A stretch of DNA of 64,000 nt from a virus, in IMG/VR virus record IMGVR_UViG_3300042691_009766, positions 6,391 to 70,390 of that record; one strand, given 5' to 3'. Position numbers and translations under genes: made by a program. Positions 63,904-64,000 of the stretch are shown in pieces. The stretch's first letter is position 1; each line of letters starts with the position of its first letter. The notes below the pieces were generated by a model that ran no database searches, was not told the origin of the DNA, and saw only the letters and a program-made list of their open reading frames with translations.

Positions 63904-64000
63904 AGTGCCTCCTTGGTTGGTTGGTTGCCTCATTATTGGGTCATGAGGTTATTTGATTGTTAGTTCCCAAATCGGTTGGTGGTGGTTCGTGTCCCGATAG

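Larger units (their letters stand above)
51963..63970 (-). repeat. dispersed 40-bp element, 16 full copies, upstream of minus-strand genes
   Basis: + consensus CACTATTGGGTCAnnnnGTTATyTkrTTGTTAGTTCCCAA starting at 51963, 55417, 55970, 56616, 57797, 58981, 59764, 60416, 61103, 61303, 61720, 62072, 62907, 63464, 63725, 63931. Confidence 0.97.

Noticed and set aside
51963-63970. 40-bp repeats as a CRISPR array
   Set aside because: Inter-repeat distances are 160-3414 bp, irregular, and contain RBS-led ORFs; there is no cas operon.
51963-63970. 40-bp repeats as canonical integron attC sites
   Set aside because: AACTAAC/GTTAGTT does not fit RYYYAAC/GTTRRRY, there is no long paired R/L-box palindrome, and no tyrosine integrase is visible in the window. 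Only the architecture is analogous.

Overview
This window is 64 kb of a lytic dsDNA myovirus (contractile tail), most likely infecting Actinobacteria. The host inference rests on two WhiB genes, leaderless TANNNT-N6-ATG promoters and an M23 peptidase fused to the tape measure. Layout on the + strand: (1-3.5 kb) about 14 tiny, very Lys-rich ORFs; (3.7-19.8 kb) tail sheath, tube, chaperone, tape measure and baseplate; (19.8-35.8 kb) replication and recombination genes (initiator, DnaC-like loader, DnaB, primase, SNF2 helicase, SSB, PolA, RecA, WhiB, Cas4-like nuclease, dNMP kinase, RuvC, SpoVS); (35.8-45.6 kb) unknown genes and a nucleotidyltransferase/HAD/TGT-like operon; then a class II RNR. 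From 47.8 kb everything is on the - strand and looks like an early/host-takeover arm. The most striking unexplained structures are: (i) 16 copies of a 40-bp element that divide 52-64 kb into gene cassettes, supply stop codons in all three frames and precede a conserved extended RBS; (ii) a hairpin presenting the exact antisense of that RBS; (iii) a small pseudoknot motif in 4 copies with compensatory changes, three of them inside a ~205-nt structured RNA candidate; (iv) a 486-codon in-register antisense ORF inside nrdJ, produced by complete local avoidance of CTA/TTA/TCA codons; (v) strong 4-bp palindrome avoidance that appears stricter in the right arm. All calls come from reading motifs by eye; no database searches were run. 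No tRNA, rRNA, integrase, terminase, portal or capsid gene was recognised.
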